A stretch of DNA of 64,000 nt from an uncultured bacterium. Its GTDB lineage: Bacteria > Chloroflexota > UBA5177 > JANWHV01. The stretch lies in assembly GCA_963729625.1 (NCBI GenBank), contig CAVSOU010000010.1, forward strand, positions 1,216,001 through 1,280,000, in the 5' to 3' direction. The notes beneath the pieces are model-generated. The model made no database searches, was not told where the DNA came from, and saw only the letters and a list, made by a program, of their open reading frames with translations. Positions within the stretch are counted from its first letter, which is position 1; every line of letters starts with the position of its first letter. Shown in pieces: positions 10,184-19,414 of this stretch. Both the position numbers and the translations under genes were made by a program.

Positions 10184-11665
10184 TTGCCCGATCATCGGCC
10201 TTGCTTTCACATACAGCCTCCGGCTAACTGGGCGAACGATCCAAATGGGCCATTGTACTGGCGCGGGAGGTTCCACCTGTTCTACCAGCACAATCCCGTT
10301 TCGGTGACCGGGGGCCTGATGCACTGGGGACATGTGGTCAGCACAGACCTGGTGCGTTGGTCGCACCTCCCGGTGGCGTTGGCGCCCGGCCCAGACGGTC
10401 CGGATTCCGGCGGATGCTGGTCGGGCTGCGCGGTCGTCCGCGACGATGCGCCAACGTTGATCTACACCGGAGTGCCGCTTGAAGGGGATCGTCGTGTTGG
10501 GAGCGTGTGTCTGGCTACGAGCTTCGATCATAATCTGGTCAACTGGAGCAAAGACCCGAGCAACCCGGTGATCGCCGGCCCGCCGGCAAGTCTGGAGCTA
10601 GTTCACTTTCGCGATCCTTGCGTCTGGCGCGAGGACGACTGCTGGTGGTGCGTGCTCGGCGGCGCGGACCACTCAAAGGGCGGCATCCTGCTCTTGTATA
10701 GTTCAGCAGACCTTCGGCAGTGGAACTATGTCGGTATGCTTTGCTCGCAGCACGAAGCAGACCGCGCGACCGTCCGTTCTCACGAGGGAGCAGACAGCAT
10801 GCCAATCGGCTCGGGGCGCGTCTGGGAGTGCCCGCAGTTCTTCGCGTTGGGCGAACGACACGCGCTCTTGATCGCTGCCTGGGACAAGCCGGACTTCCAG
10901 CACACGCTGTATTACATCGGGAGCTATCGCGAACGCGTATTCACGCCGGAGCTGCGCGGACCATTCGACCTTGGCGCTGAGTACTACGCTCCCGTCTCGA
11001 TGAACGATCCTCAAGGCCGGCGTCTGGTATGGGGTTGGACGAAAGAGGGACGCAGCGCCGAGGCGCAGGCTCAGTCCGGCTGGGCTGGAGCATTGACTCT
11101 GCCGCGCGTCGTTACCTTGAGGGACGATGGGACGCTCGGCATCGACTCCCTGCCCGAGTTGGCGAGCTTGCGAGGTCGGCATTATCGTCGGCGTGACCTG
11201 GCGCTCGTGCCCCGCTCGCCGCTGCATCTGAATGATCTGCGTGGTGAGAACCTGGAGATTGCGGTCGAGATCGCTTGCGAGCCAACGTCCGTCGTCTCCC
11301 TTCGTATACGGAGGTCGCCCGGGGACGAGGAGTACACGCAGATCCGATATGACCGGCGCGCCGGTCGAATCTCGGTTGATCGAGACCACGCCAGTCTGGA
11401 TCCAGCCGCGTTCAGAGGCGTCCACGGCGGCACTCTGGTGCTCGCGCCCAATGAGCCGCTGACGCTGCGCGTCTTTCTTGATGGCTCGATCGTCGAAGTC
11501 TATGCGAATGGGAGAGCAACCCTCACCGAGAGAATTTATCCAACGCGCGAGGATAGCCTGGGCGTGAGCCTTGGCGTCGAAGGTGGCGATGCGCGCGTGA
11601 TCTGCCTCGATGCCTGGGAAATGCGCAGTGCCGGGCTCAACACGACAGGCCGCGACGGCCTGTAA
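10184..11665 (+). CDS. GH32 beta-fructofuranosidase / sucrose-6-phosphate hydrolase
   Basis: WANDPNG, WSGCA, FRDP and WECP catalytic motifs plus C-terminal beta-sandwich (DGSIVEVYAN). Confidence 0.95.
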   Translation: MPDHRPCFHIQPPANWANDPNGPLYWRGRFHLFYQHNPVSVTGGLMHWGHVVSTDLVRWSHLPVALAPGPDGPDSGGCWSGCAVVRDDAPTLIYTGVPLEGDRRVGSVCLATSFDHNLVNWSKDPSNPVIAGPPASLELVHFRDPCVWREDDCWWCVLGGADHSKGGILLLYSSADLRQWNYVGMLCSQHEADRATVRSHEGADSMPIGSGRVWECPQFFALGERHALLIAAWDKPDFQHTLYYIGSYRERVFTPELRGPFDLGAEYYAPVSMNDPQGRRLVWGWTKEGRSAEAQAQSGWAGALTLPRVVTLRDDGTLGIDSLPELASLRGRHYRRRDLALVPRSPLHLNDLRGENLEIAVEIACEPTSVVSLRIRRSPGDEEYTQIRYDRRAGRISVDRDHASLDPAAFRGVHGGTLVLAPNEPLTLRVFLDGSIVEVYANGRATLTERIYPTREDSLGVSLGVEGGDARVICLDAWEMRSAGLNTTGRDGL

Positions 11666-11729
11666 TCAGCAATAGTTGCGCGTGCCATTGAACCGCACGT
11701 GCTCAAGCACAATCGAAAGGGATTGAGCG

Positions 11730-13811
11730 ATGAAGCCGGATCAGAGAGTCCCACTCGTGACGGGGCGCGACATGCTCAAGAGCCGCAACTGGACGGAACC
11801 ATTCACCTCTGCTCCGGAGCAGCTCCCTATTTCCTTTCTCTACGACAGCGCCAGAATTGCCGGAATCCCCGCCGCCTGGACGCCCGCGCGCAACGAACGG
11901 CGTATCGATGCGAACATCGTGGAAACCGTGTTCACCGGCGTCGATCCGCGAACCGGCCTGCGTATCTGGGTCGAATGTCTACGGTACGCGGATTATCCGG
12001 TCGTGGAATGGACGGCATGGTTGGCAAACGGGAGCAACGCGCCAACGCCGATGATCGAGGATCTGCTGGTGTTGGACGGGGCGTTTGACGGCGCGTCACC
12101 GGTGCTGTCGCATTCCAACGGCGACTTTGCCAGCGAGAACGGTTACGCGCCCACGGACACGGCCATCGCCGGCAGTCAGCCTTTCACCATCGCGCCCACC
12201 GGCGGACGGGCGTGCAATGAGGCGTTTCCCTACTTTCGCATCGAGTTTGCAGGCTGTGGCATGACAATCGCCATTGGGTGGCCTGCCCAGTGGTTCAGTA
12301 CGTTCACCCCAACTGCCGACGGTGTCGCGATACAGGCCGGCCAGGAGCGGACGCATCTGCGCCTGATGCCAGGCGAGACCATCCGCACGCCGCGCATGAC
12401 CATCATGTCGTGGGAGGGCGACCGCACGCGAGCCATCAATCTCTGGCGGCGTTGGTACCTTGCGCACGTCCTGCCGAGACCGAACGGCCAACCGCTGCGG
12501 CCGATACTGGTCGCAGGAGCGACCGACGAGGGCGAGGAACACACCGCCGCTACCGAGGAGAACCAGATCCGCTATATGGATAGGTTCAAGGAGCGCGGAT
12601 TTGATCTCGACGCATGGTGGATCGACGCGGGGTGGTACCCCTGTTACGACGACGATCATGTGCGCCATTGGTATCTGACGGGAACCTGGATGCCAGATCC
12701 GGAACGATTCCCGCGCGGATTACGGCCCGTCTCCGATAACGCCGCTCGCAACGGCACCGACTTGCTGCTTTGGTTTGAGCCTGAACGTGTCGCGCCGAAT
12801 ACCGCGCTGCACAAACAACACCCCGAATGGATGCTGCCCACATCCGGCGACGCGAAGGCATTCTCCCAATGGTCGACGCACCTGTTCGACGATCACCCGG
12901 ATTGGCTGATCGGCGCTTCTGGCCCGCACCAGGGATTTGGGCAATGGTCGTTGATGCTCAACATCGGCATCCCGGAGTGCCGGCAGTGGCTAACCGACCT
13001 CTACTGCAAGCTGATTCAAGACAACGGAGTCAAGATCTACCGTCAGGATTTCAACTTTCCGCCGCTGCTGTACTGGCGTGACAATGAGCCCGCTGATCGC
13101 CAGGGCATCAACGAAAACCTGTACGTGCAGGGCTACCTGCAGCTGTGGGACGACATTCTGGCCCGCAACCCGGGGATCTGGATCGACTCGTGCGCGTCGG
13201 GTGGGCGCCGAAATGACCTGGAAACATTGCGACGCTCAGTCCCTCTGCACTACTCCGACTACGGTTATGGGGATCACAGGCTGAAGTTGGCATTCCAGCA
13301 CACACTCTTCGAATGGATCCCCTACTTCAAGGAATTCACGATGTCGTGGGACATCAGCGGCCCCACCCGGTTCGATCGGCAACTGGACAGCTTCTCGTTC
13401 CACTGTGCAATGGCGGCGATGCTCAACTTAACCCTTGATATCCGCAAGGAGGATTATGACTTCGCGGTGGCATTGCGCATGACGGCGATCTGGCGGAGAG
13501 CATGCAATCTGGTCTTGCACGGAGACTATTATCCGCTCACTCCGTTTAGCAAGAGCCCGGAACGATGGGAAGTCCGACAGTTTGACATTCCGGAGACGGG
13601 GCATGGGATGATCCAGGGAATACGGCTCCCGGCATGCTCGGAGGACCGGATCACTGTGATTCCGCAGGGGCTTATCCCTGACGCGATCTACAGTCTGGAA
13701 AATCCCGAGACTGGTCAGGCCCGAGAGTTGGTCGGCTCCGCGCTGCTGAGCGATGGATTTACTCTTGAGCTTCCGCGGCGCAGCGGCGCCATCTGGTTCT
13801 ACAAGCGATAG
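11730..13811 (+). CDS. GH36-like alpha-galactosidase (clan GH-D)
   Basis: WWIDAGW, LLWFEPE, YRQDFN, DSCASGGRRND, GDYYPLT. Confidence 0.88.
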   Translation: MKPDQRVPLVTGRDMLKSRNWTEPFTSAPEQLPISFLYDSARIAGIPAAWTPARNERRIDANIVETVFTGVDPRTGLRIWVECLRYADYPVVEWTAWLANGSNAPTPMIEDLLVLDGAFDGASPVLSHSNGDFASENGYAPTDTAIAGSQPFTIAPTGGRACNEAFPYFRIEFAGCGMTIAIGWPAQWFSTFTPTADGVAIQAGQERTHLRLMPGETIRTPRMTIMSWEGDRTRAINLWRRWYLAHVLPRPNGQPLRPILVAGATDEGEEHTAATEENQIRYMDRFKERGFDLDAWWIDAGWYPCYDDDHVRHWYLTGTWMPDPERFPRGLRPVSDNAARNGTDLLLWFEPERVAPNTALHKQHPEWMLPTSGDAKAFSQWSTHLFDDHPDWLIGASGPHQGFGQWSLMLNIGIPECRQWLTDLYCKLIQDNGVKIYRQDFNFPPLLYWRDNEPADRQGINENLYVQGYLQLWDDILARNPGIWIDSCASGGRRNDLETLRRSVPLHYSDYGYGDHRLKLAFQHTLFEWIPYFKEFTMSWDISGPTRFDRQLDSFSFHCAMAAMLNLTLDIRKEDYDFAVALRMTAIWRRACNLVLHGDYYPLTPFSKSPERWEVRQFDIPETGHGMIQGIRLPACSEDRITVIPQGLIPDAIYSLENPETGQARELVGSALLSDGFTLELPRRSGAIWFYKR

Positions 13812-13824
13812 TTCTCGCATCTAC

Positions 13825-14793
13825 TCAGTCGCCAGAAATTCCAATCGCGGCCAGGCGCCCTGCGCCTACCAGCCCGCTGTGGGAGCCAAGAAGCGCCGCA
13901 CGCAACGGCACGCCGCGCACCGATGGCAGGGTGCGACGCGCGAAGCTCACGCGGGCAGGAGCGAGAATAGCCTCGCCACCTTCCAGTACTCCGCCGCCAA
14001 GCACGATCAACTCCGGATCGAAGAGCGTCGCGAGATTGGCCAGGCCGATGCCCAGATACCGGCCTGCTGTGGTAAGAATCTCCTGGGCAACCGCGTCACC
14101 ACTCGCCGCAGCCCTGAAGACCATCTCGCTGTTCACAAGTTCCGGACGGGCGCCGCACATCTCCTGCACGCAGGTTGCTTCACCGTGCCGCAGCGCGTCC
14201 CGGGCGCGAGCAGCAATGGCGGTGCCGGAGCAGAACGCTTCCAGACAGCCGTTGTTTCCGCAGGCACACGGCGGGCCGTTCGGCTCGATTACCATGTGCC
14301 CAGCCTCGCCCGCGCAGTCGTGCGCGCCGTGGTACACATGATGGTCGATGACCACTCCCGCACCAACTCCAGTACTGATCGTCACGTACAGGAAATCCTT
14401 GCTACCTGTTGCCGCGCCCCGCCAGCCTTCTCCCAGCGCCGCGCAGTTCGCGTCGTCGTCGATATGAACGGGTAGTGGAAAGTAGGCGGCAAGGGCGTCA
14501 CGGAGCGGAAAGTCGCGCCAGTCGAGATTCGGCGAGAATACGACCACGCCACGCCGCCGATCAAGTGGGCCAGGCACGCTGCAGCCGAGCGCGATCATTT
14601 GCTGCGCTTCCAGGCCCCGGGAAGCGATCAATGCGTTCAACGAAGTGGCTATGCTCGCCACCACAGCCTCGGCGCCCCTCTGGACATCGCTGGGCACGCT
14701 CCGGGAGCAAAGTACGTGCCCCTCGCGGTCGACCAGGCCAGTCAGGATCTTCGTGCCGCCAACATCGATTGCGCCAACATACGTTTCGCCCAT
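13825..14793 (-). CDS. ROK family sugar kinase (glucokinase-like)
   Basis: IDVGGTK, DDANCAALGE, GEAGH, CACGNNGCLE zinc motif; no N-terminal HTH. Confidence 0.92.
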   Translation of the reverse strand: MGETYVGAIDVGGTKILTGLVDREGHVLCSRSVPSDVQRGAEAVVASIATSLNALIASRGLEAQQMIALGCSVPGPLDRRRGVVVFSPNLDWRDFPLRDALAAYFPLPVHIDDDANCAALGEGWRGAATGSKDFLYVTISTGVGAGVVIDHHVYHGAHDCAGEAGHMVIEPNGPPCACGNNGCLEAFCSGTAIAARARDALRHGEATCVQEMCGARPELVNSEMVFRAAASGDAVAQEILTTAGRYLGIGLANLATLFDPELIVLGGGVLEGGEAILAPARVSFARRTLPSVRGVPLRAALLGSHSGLVGAGRLAAIGISGD

Positions 14794-14797
14794 CACG

Positions 14798-16090
14798 TCA
14801 TACCGTGCTTGCAGGTGCTGTGCTGTCGCCCGGCTGGCGCACGAAACCTGTAGGCCAGACCGCGTCAAGGATGCCCCGCGCCTGATCCACGGTGGCGATA
14901 AATGGGTTGGCTACAAGGGCACGCAACGCAGTGGTCCAGGATGCTTCCTCCACAGCCTGGATCGTCAGCGTCTCGTAGGCAGCCTGGGCCAGCAGAATTG
15001 CTTGCAGATCCGGCTGGGACAGCGTCACCGCCAGCGGGCGAACGCCGGAGCTATCCACCAGCGCCGGAACCTCCACTGTTGTGTCGACCGGCAGCCAGGG
15101 CAGGAGCGTGCCATTCGGCACATTGACCACTTGCACTGTCGGATGACCGGTGACACTCGCGGCAAGCAACGGCACGATTACCAGGTGATACCAGAGGGCG
15201 CCGCGGCGACGGAGCAGTTCCGGCCTGGGCTCGGCCCCGGGAGCAGCATATTCTTCCAGCAATGCCGTCTCCATTGCCTGTACGGCCGCGGCCCGTGCCG
15301 GCCGGCCCTGTTGTGCCGCCAGCATGCGATCGGGGTGATAGAGGTAGCGCAAGTACGAATTGGGCATCACGCCGGTCGCAACGAGCACTGCCGGGTCGAT
15401 CGCCGCGCCATCGACGCGCGACGCACGCGCCAGTGCAAGCGGCAGCAGATCGGTACTGTCGTCGCACAGGGCAGTAGCCCAACCAATGTGATTGATGCCG
15501 ACGTACGTGTAGGCCAGGCGGTCGAGGGGAAGCTCCACCAGGCGCGCCAGCGTAGCCGCCAGGCTCAAAGGCGCGTCGCAGACGCCGATCACACGTTTCA
15601 AGCCGGCACGGCACAAAGCCTGGCACACGACGCTGGCAGGATTGGTCAGATTGATCACCGTTGCGTTCGGGGCGGCGGACAGGACTTCCTGCGCAATGGT
15701 CCGGATAACCGGAAGTGTGCGCAGGGCGTTCGCGAATCCCCCGGCACCGACGGTTTCCTCGCCAGGCAACCCGAACGCGTGAGGAAATGTCTCGTCCTGG
15801 GCCCGCGCCGCCAACCCGCCAACACGAATCTGGTTGACGATATACTCCGCACCGTGCAGCGCCCGGCTCAGGTCGGTTTGCGCCTCGACCAACAGCGGCG
15901 GCGCCTGGCCATCCGCGATTCTCCGGCAGGCGTTCGCCACTCGCTGCAGCTTCGTCTCGTCTCGCCCGTGGAGCACCAGGCGTATGGGCGGACGGGCGTC
16001 CTTCCATTCAGAGATGGCATAGGCCAGCTCCGGGGTGAATGCACCGCTGCCGCCGAGCACTGTGATCGTAATCGCCGGCAGATTGGTCAT
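14798..16090 (-). CDS. GH4 NAD+/Mn-dependent glycosidase (6-phospho-beta-glucosidase-like)
   Basis: LGGSGAFTP, QIRVGG, GEETVGAGG, TNPA, GVCD, GINH. Confidence 0.92.
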   Translation of the reverse strand: MTNLPAITITVLGGSGAFTPELAYAISEWKDARPPIRLVLHGRDETKLQRVANACRRIADGQAPPLLVEAQTDLSRALHGAEYIVNQIRVGGLAARAQDETFPHAFGLPGEETVGAGGFANALRTLPVIRTIAQEVLSAAPNATVINLTNPASVVCQALCRAGLKRVIGVCDAPLSLAATLARLVELPLDRLAYTYVGINHIGWATALCDDSTDLLPLALARASRVDGAAIDPAVLVATGVMPNSYLRYLYHPDRMLAAQQGRPARAAAVQAMETALLEEYAAPGAEPRPELLRRRGALWYHLVIVPLLAASVTGHPTVQVVNVPNGTLLPWLPVDTTVEVPALVDSSGVRPLAVTLSQPDLQAILLAQAAYETLTIQAVEEASWTTALRALVANPFIATVDQARGILDAVWPTGFVRQPGDSTAPASTV

Positions 16091-16296
16091 CGGTCAAACA
16101 CGGCTTTCGGCGTGGCGGATCTTTTATCCAGGGTCTGCCGACGACGTCTCGTCTCCACCCGCGCATGCTGCACCGCTGCCCTCGACGCCATCGCCTGTCT
16201 CCTCCTGTGCCTGCAATCTCTCATCTCGGCTCGCCTCATGCCACACGATACCCCGGCCGGCGACTGAGCGGCCTACCGGGGGCGCCCTCATATGCG

Positions 16297-16365
16297 TTGA
16301 CCACTCAGCACATGTGTTGTAACATATCTGACAACCTGAGGAGGTGCACTGGATTGTCTGATATG
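16297..16365 (+). promoter_or_regulatory. Promoter and probable GntR operator
   Basis: TTGACC (16297), 17-bp spacer, TAACAT (16320); inverted pair CATATCTGACAA (16323) / TTGTCTGATATG (16354) with 1 mismatch. Confidence 0.55.
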
Positions 16366-17094
16366 ATGCAGCCTCGGCGAGATCGCCGTACCCTGGTGAC
16401 GCGCACGCGTGAGCACCTGGTACGCCGCATCCGTGGAGGCGAATTCAAGCCGGGTCAGCGACTGCCGTCCGAGTCGGACCTCGCGCAAGCCTACGACGTC
16501 AGCCGTGTGACGATGCGCGAGGCGCTCAAGGGACTCCAGCAAGAGCATCTGATCTACAGCGTGCACGGCACCGGATCGTTCGTCGCCGATACGGCGATCA
16601 CGCGGCAGGTTACCCATCTGCAGAGTGTGACCGAGTTGGTCGCCGACCTGGGCTATACCATGGAGACACAGGTGCTGGACGTTCGTCGTGAAGGTGCAGT
16701 CGGCGTCGCGGCGACGGCGTTGAGTGTGGCGGCAGGAGCGCCGCTGCTCTGTTTGGAACGTCTTCGCTTGGTGGACGGCCGGCCGGCTATCTACTCCCTC
16801 GACTACTTTCCCGACAGCCTGGCGGACCTGAACCGTGCGGCAGGGGAGTGGGAAGAATCGCTTTTCGCATACATCGAAACGCGAAACAGCCTCTCAATCA
16901 CCCACTCAACCGCGACGATCCGCGCCGCTCTGCTCGCCGCACAGATCTGTGCGCGGATCGGTGCCAAGCGGATCCAGCCCTGGCTCCTGATGGAGCAAAC
17001 GAATTTCACCGCGGATAATCGACCGGTGGTCTACTCGCTCGACTATCACCATGGCGAAATGTTCAGCTTCGACGTGCTCCGCCGGCGCTATTGA
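16354..17094 (+). CDS. GntR family regulator (HutC/UTRA subfamily)
   Basis: PGQRLPSESDLAQAYDVSRVTMREA, HGTGSFV, UTRA domain; GGAGG RBS before TTG 16354 (alternative ATG 16363 or 16366). Confidence 0.9.
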   Translation: MSDMMQPRRDRRTLVTRTREHLVRRIRGGEFKPGQRLPSESDLAQAYDVSRVTMREALKGLQQEHLIYSVHGTGSFVADTAITRQVTHLQSVTELVADLGYTMETQVLDVRREGAVGVAATALSVAAGAPLLCLERLRLVDGRPAIYSLDYFPDSLADLNRAAGEWEESLFAYIETRNSLSITHSTATIRAALLAAQICARIGAKRIQPWLLMEQTNFTADNRPVVYSLDYHHGEMFSFDVLRRRY

Positions 17095-17156
17095 GACACA
17101 GGCGCCGCGGGCCGATGCCCGACAGGCGCCGCGAGCATACCTACCAGGAGAATACC

Positions 17157-18284
17157 ATGTCCAGGGCAGCCCCTCGTGCCGACAAAGTCATTCCCAGTGA
17201 AGACCTCACGCGCCAGTTTCCTCAGATCGAGCGAGAGGTGATGGCGGCAGTGGTCGACGTGCTGCCGCGGGGCAGGTATACGCTTGGACCGCAGGTCGCC
17301 GCGTTCGAGAGCGAGTTCGCGCAGTATTGCGGGGTGACGCATGCCGTGGGTCTCAGCAACGGCACTGAGGCGCTGCATCTTGCTCTGCTGGCCTGCGGCG
17401 TGGGCGCGGGGGACAAGGTTATCACGGTTCCCAACACCTATGCCGCGACGGTATTCGCCATCAGCTACGTCGGCGCGACGCCCGTGTACGTGGATATCGA
17501 TCCTCGCACATTTAACCTCGACCCCGACCGGCTCGAGGCCGCCGTCACCAAACGCACCAAGGCAATACTACCGGTGCACATGTACGGCCAGCCCGTCGAC
17601 ATGGACCCCGTGCTGGACGTCGCGCGACGTCATGGCTTGCGCGTGATAGAAGACGCCGCGCACGCGCATGGCGCTACCTACAAAGGTCGAGCAGCGGGCT
17701 CGTTGAGCGATATCGGCTGCTTCTCCTTCTACCCCGGCAAGAATCTGGGCGCGTTTGGCGACGGCGGCGCCGCCGTGACGAGCGACGAGGACTTGAGCGA
17801 TAAGCTTCGCCAGCTCCGCTATATGGGCCAGAAGGTCAAGCACGAGCATGAGATCGTCGGCTACCAGCAGCGGCTCGACGAGCTGCAGGCCGCGATCCTT
17901 CGCGTCAAGCTGCGGCACCTGGCGGAATGGAATGCGGAGCGACGTCGGTGGGCAGAGCTCTACGACGAGCTATTGGCCTCCACCCCGGTGACGACGCCTT
18001 ACCGCCAACCGAACGTCCGGCATGTTTACTACATGTACACTGTCCGCGCGCCCCAACGCGACGATCTCCAGTCGTATCTGGGGCAGCGCGGTGTAGGCAC
18101 GCAGGTCATCTATCCCAAGCTGGTGCCGCAACAAAAGGCCTACGAGGGCGCGATGTACCGTCCGGGTTCCTATCCGCAGGCCGAGCAGGCGACCGGGGAA
18201 ATACTGTCGCTGCCGGTCTTTCCTGAGCTCACCGAAGAGGAAGTGCGTTACGTCGCCGGATGCATTATCGAGTTTTACGCCTGA
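17157..18284 (+). CDS. DegT/DnrJ/EryC1/StrS PLP-dependent sugar aminotransferase
   Basis: NGTEALHLAL, EDAAHAHGA, SFYPGKNLGAFGDGG, RLDELQAAIL; AGGAG RBS. Confidence 0.95.
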   Translation: MSRAAPRADKVIPSEDLTRQFPQIEREVMAAVVDVLPRGRYTLGPQVAAFESEFAQYCGVTHAVGLSNGTEALHLALLACGVGAGDKVITVPNTYAATVFAISYVGATPVYVDIDPRTFNLDPDRLEAAVTKRTKAILPVHMYGQPVDMDPVLDVARRHGLRVIEDAAHAHGATYKGRAAGSLSDIGCFSFYPGKNLGAFGDGGAAVTSDEDLSDKLRQLRYMGQKVKHEHEIVGYQQRLDELQAAILRVKLRHLAEWNAERRRWAELYDELLASTPVTTPYRQPNVRHVYYMYTVRAPQRDDLQSYLGQRGVGTQVIYPKLVPQQKAYEGAMYRPGSYPQAEQATGEILSLPVFPELTEEEVRYVAGCIIEFYA

Positions 18285-18399
18285 TTCACTGCAGCGGTTG
18301 GACTTTGCGCGGCGGCCGTATCTACGTTCGGCGCCTCGCCCGGACCTGGCCGAACACCCAGTCCGCGTACTGTCGGCGAGTCCGCAATACTGTGTTTGG

Positions 18400-18580
18400 A
18401 CGGCTACCGGTCCGATCACCCGCACGCTCGTGGCCGGCACGCCCGACCAACGGCGGCGGGAAGTCTACGACGCGGTCGTCGCCGCGTCCGAAGCAGCCCT
18501 GCGTGGCGCCCACCCGGGCATGAGCGGGGCCGAGGTCGACGCCTTGGCGCGCAACGAGATCGAGCGACGCGATCCACGAG
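18400..18580 (+). pseudogene. Internal fragment of an M24 (Xaa-Pro) peptidase
   Basis: ITRTLVAG...VYDAVVAASEAALRGAHPGMSGAEVDALAR. Confidence 0.6.
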
Positions 18581-18649
18581 CTACTCGCGACCCTGCAACG
18601 GATGAAGAAGGCATATATCGCCTCACTCAAGGGAGCTCGCTGCGACCTG

Positions 18650-19000
18650 TCGAGCTCGGTGGCGGCGCGACCTCGTCTACCGTTATTTCGCCAAAGCTGT
18701 TCGACAGCTTTGCTGCCAGATATGACAGCGAGCTCATCGACGCATTCCACGCTGCAGGCCAGCGGGTCGTCTACCACACGTGCGGCGGAACGATGCTATT
18801 GCTCGAGCATGTCGCGGACATGCTTCCGAACGCTATCGAGACGTTTACTCCTCCGGGCATGGGCGCCGATGTCGATCTGGCCTAGGCGAAGCGACGCATC
18901 GGAGACAAGGTGTGTCTGATGGGCGGCTTCGACCAATTCCATTTCTTCGTCGGCTGCACGCCAGACGAGACGAAGGCGAAGGTGCGGCGGGAATCCCGGG
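18650..19000 (+). pseudogene. Fragment of a uroporphyrinogen decarboxylase/MtaA-like family gene
   Basis: ISPKLFDSF...VVYHTCGG...ETFTPPGMGADVDLA*AKRRIGDKVCLMGGFDQ with in-frame TAG at 18883-18885. Confidence 0.7.
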
Positions 19001-19055
19001 ACAGCGTATCATCGATCGGTGAGAATCCACCGATCGGGCCAGAGGGAGGTCGTTT

Positions 19056-19247
19056 ATGGGACGTAATCGAAAAGCCGGCAGGTTCTTCGGACTGCCGTAC
19101 GACTGGCGGGCGCTGTCGATGGCGCGCGTGAAGCAACGGATGTGGAATCCTGACGACAGGCGGGTACTGACACCAAAGGCATTTGGCTGGGGCTATACGG
19201 TTAACTTCTACGAGTTGGCGCGACGGTTGGGCTTTATCCGCAAGTAG
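19056..19247 (+). CDS. Small DUF5808-like protein
   Basis: GLPYDWR...WNPDDRRVLTPKAFGWGYTVN motif; GGAGG RBS. Confidence 0.75.
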   Translation: MGRNRKAGRFFGLPYDWRALSMARVKQRMWNPDDRRVLTPKAFGWGYTVNFYELARRLGFIRK

Positions 19248-19414
19248 CATACACCTGCCTCAGTGGTCGCCGTTCGAGTTATGCATTGCACTGTCCTGGG
19301 ATGAGTGCAGGTAGCCCATGCCACGTCACAAGCAACACAAACTGGCTGACAGCCACCAATACTGTGGCTTCTGGCAAGAAATGCTGTGACGTGCTAGATT
19401 TGAGTCTGTTCTGA

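Noticed and set aside
14645-16267. Long antisense or alternative-frame ORFs (e.g. 14645-16267, 20552-21838, 58007-59245, 40650-41714)
   Set aside because: They are shadow ORFs expected in high-GC DNA, overlap well-supported genes and show no family motifs.
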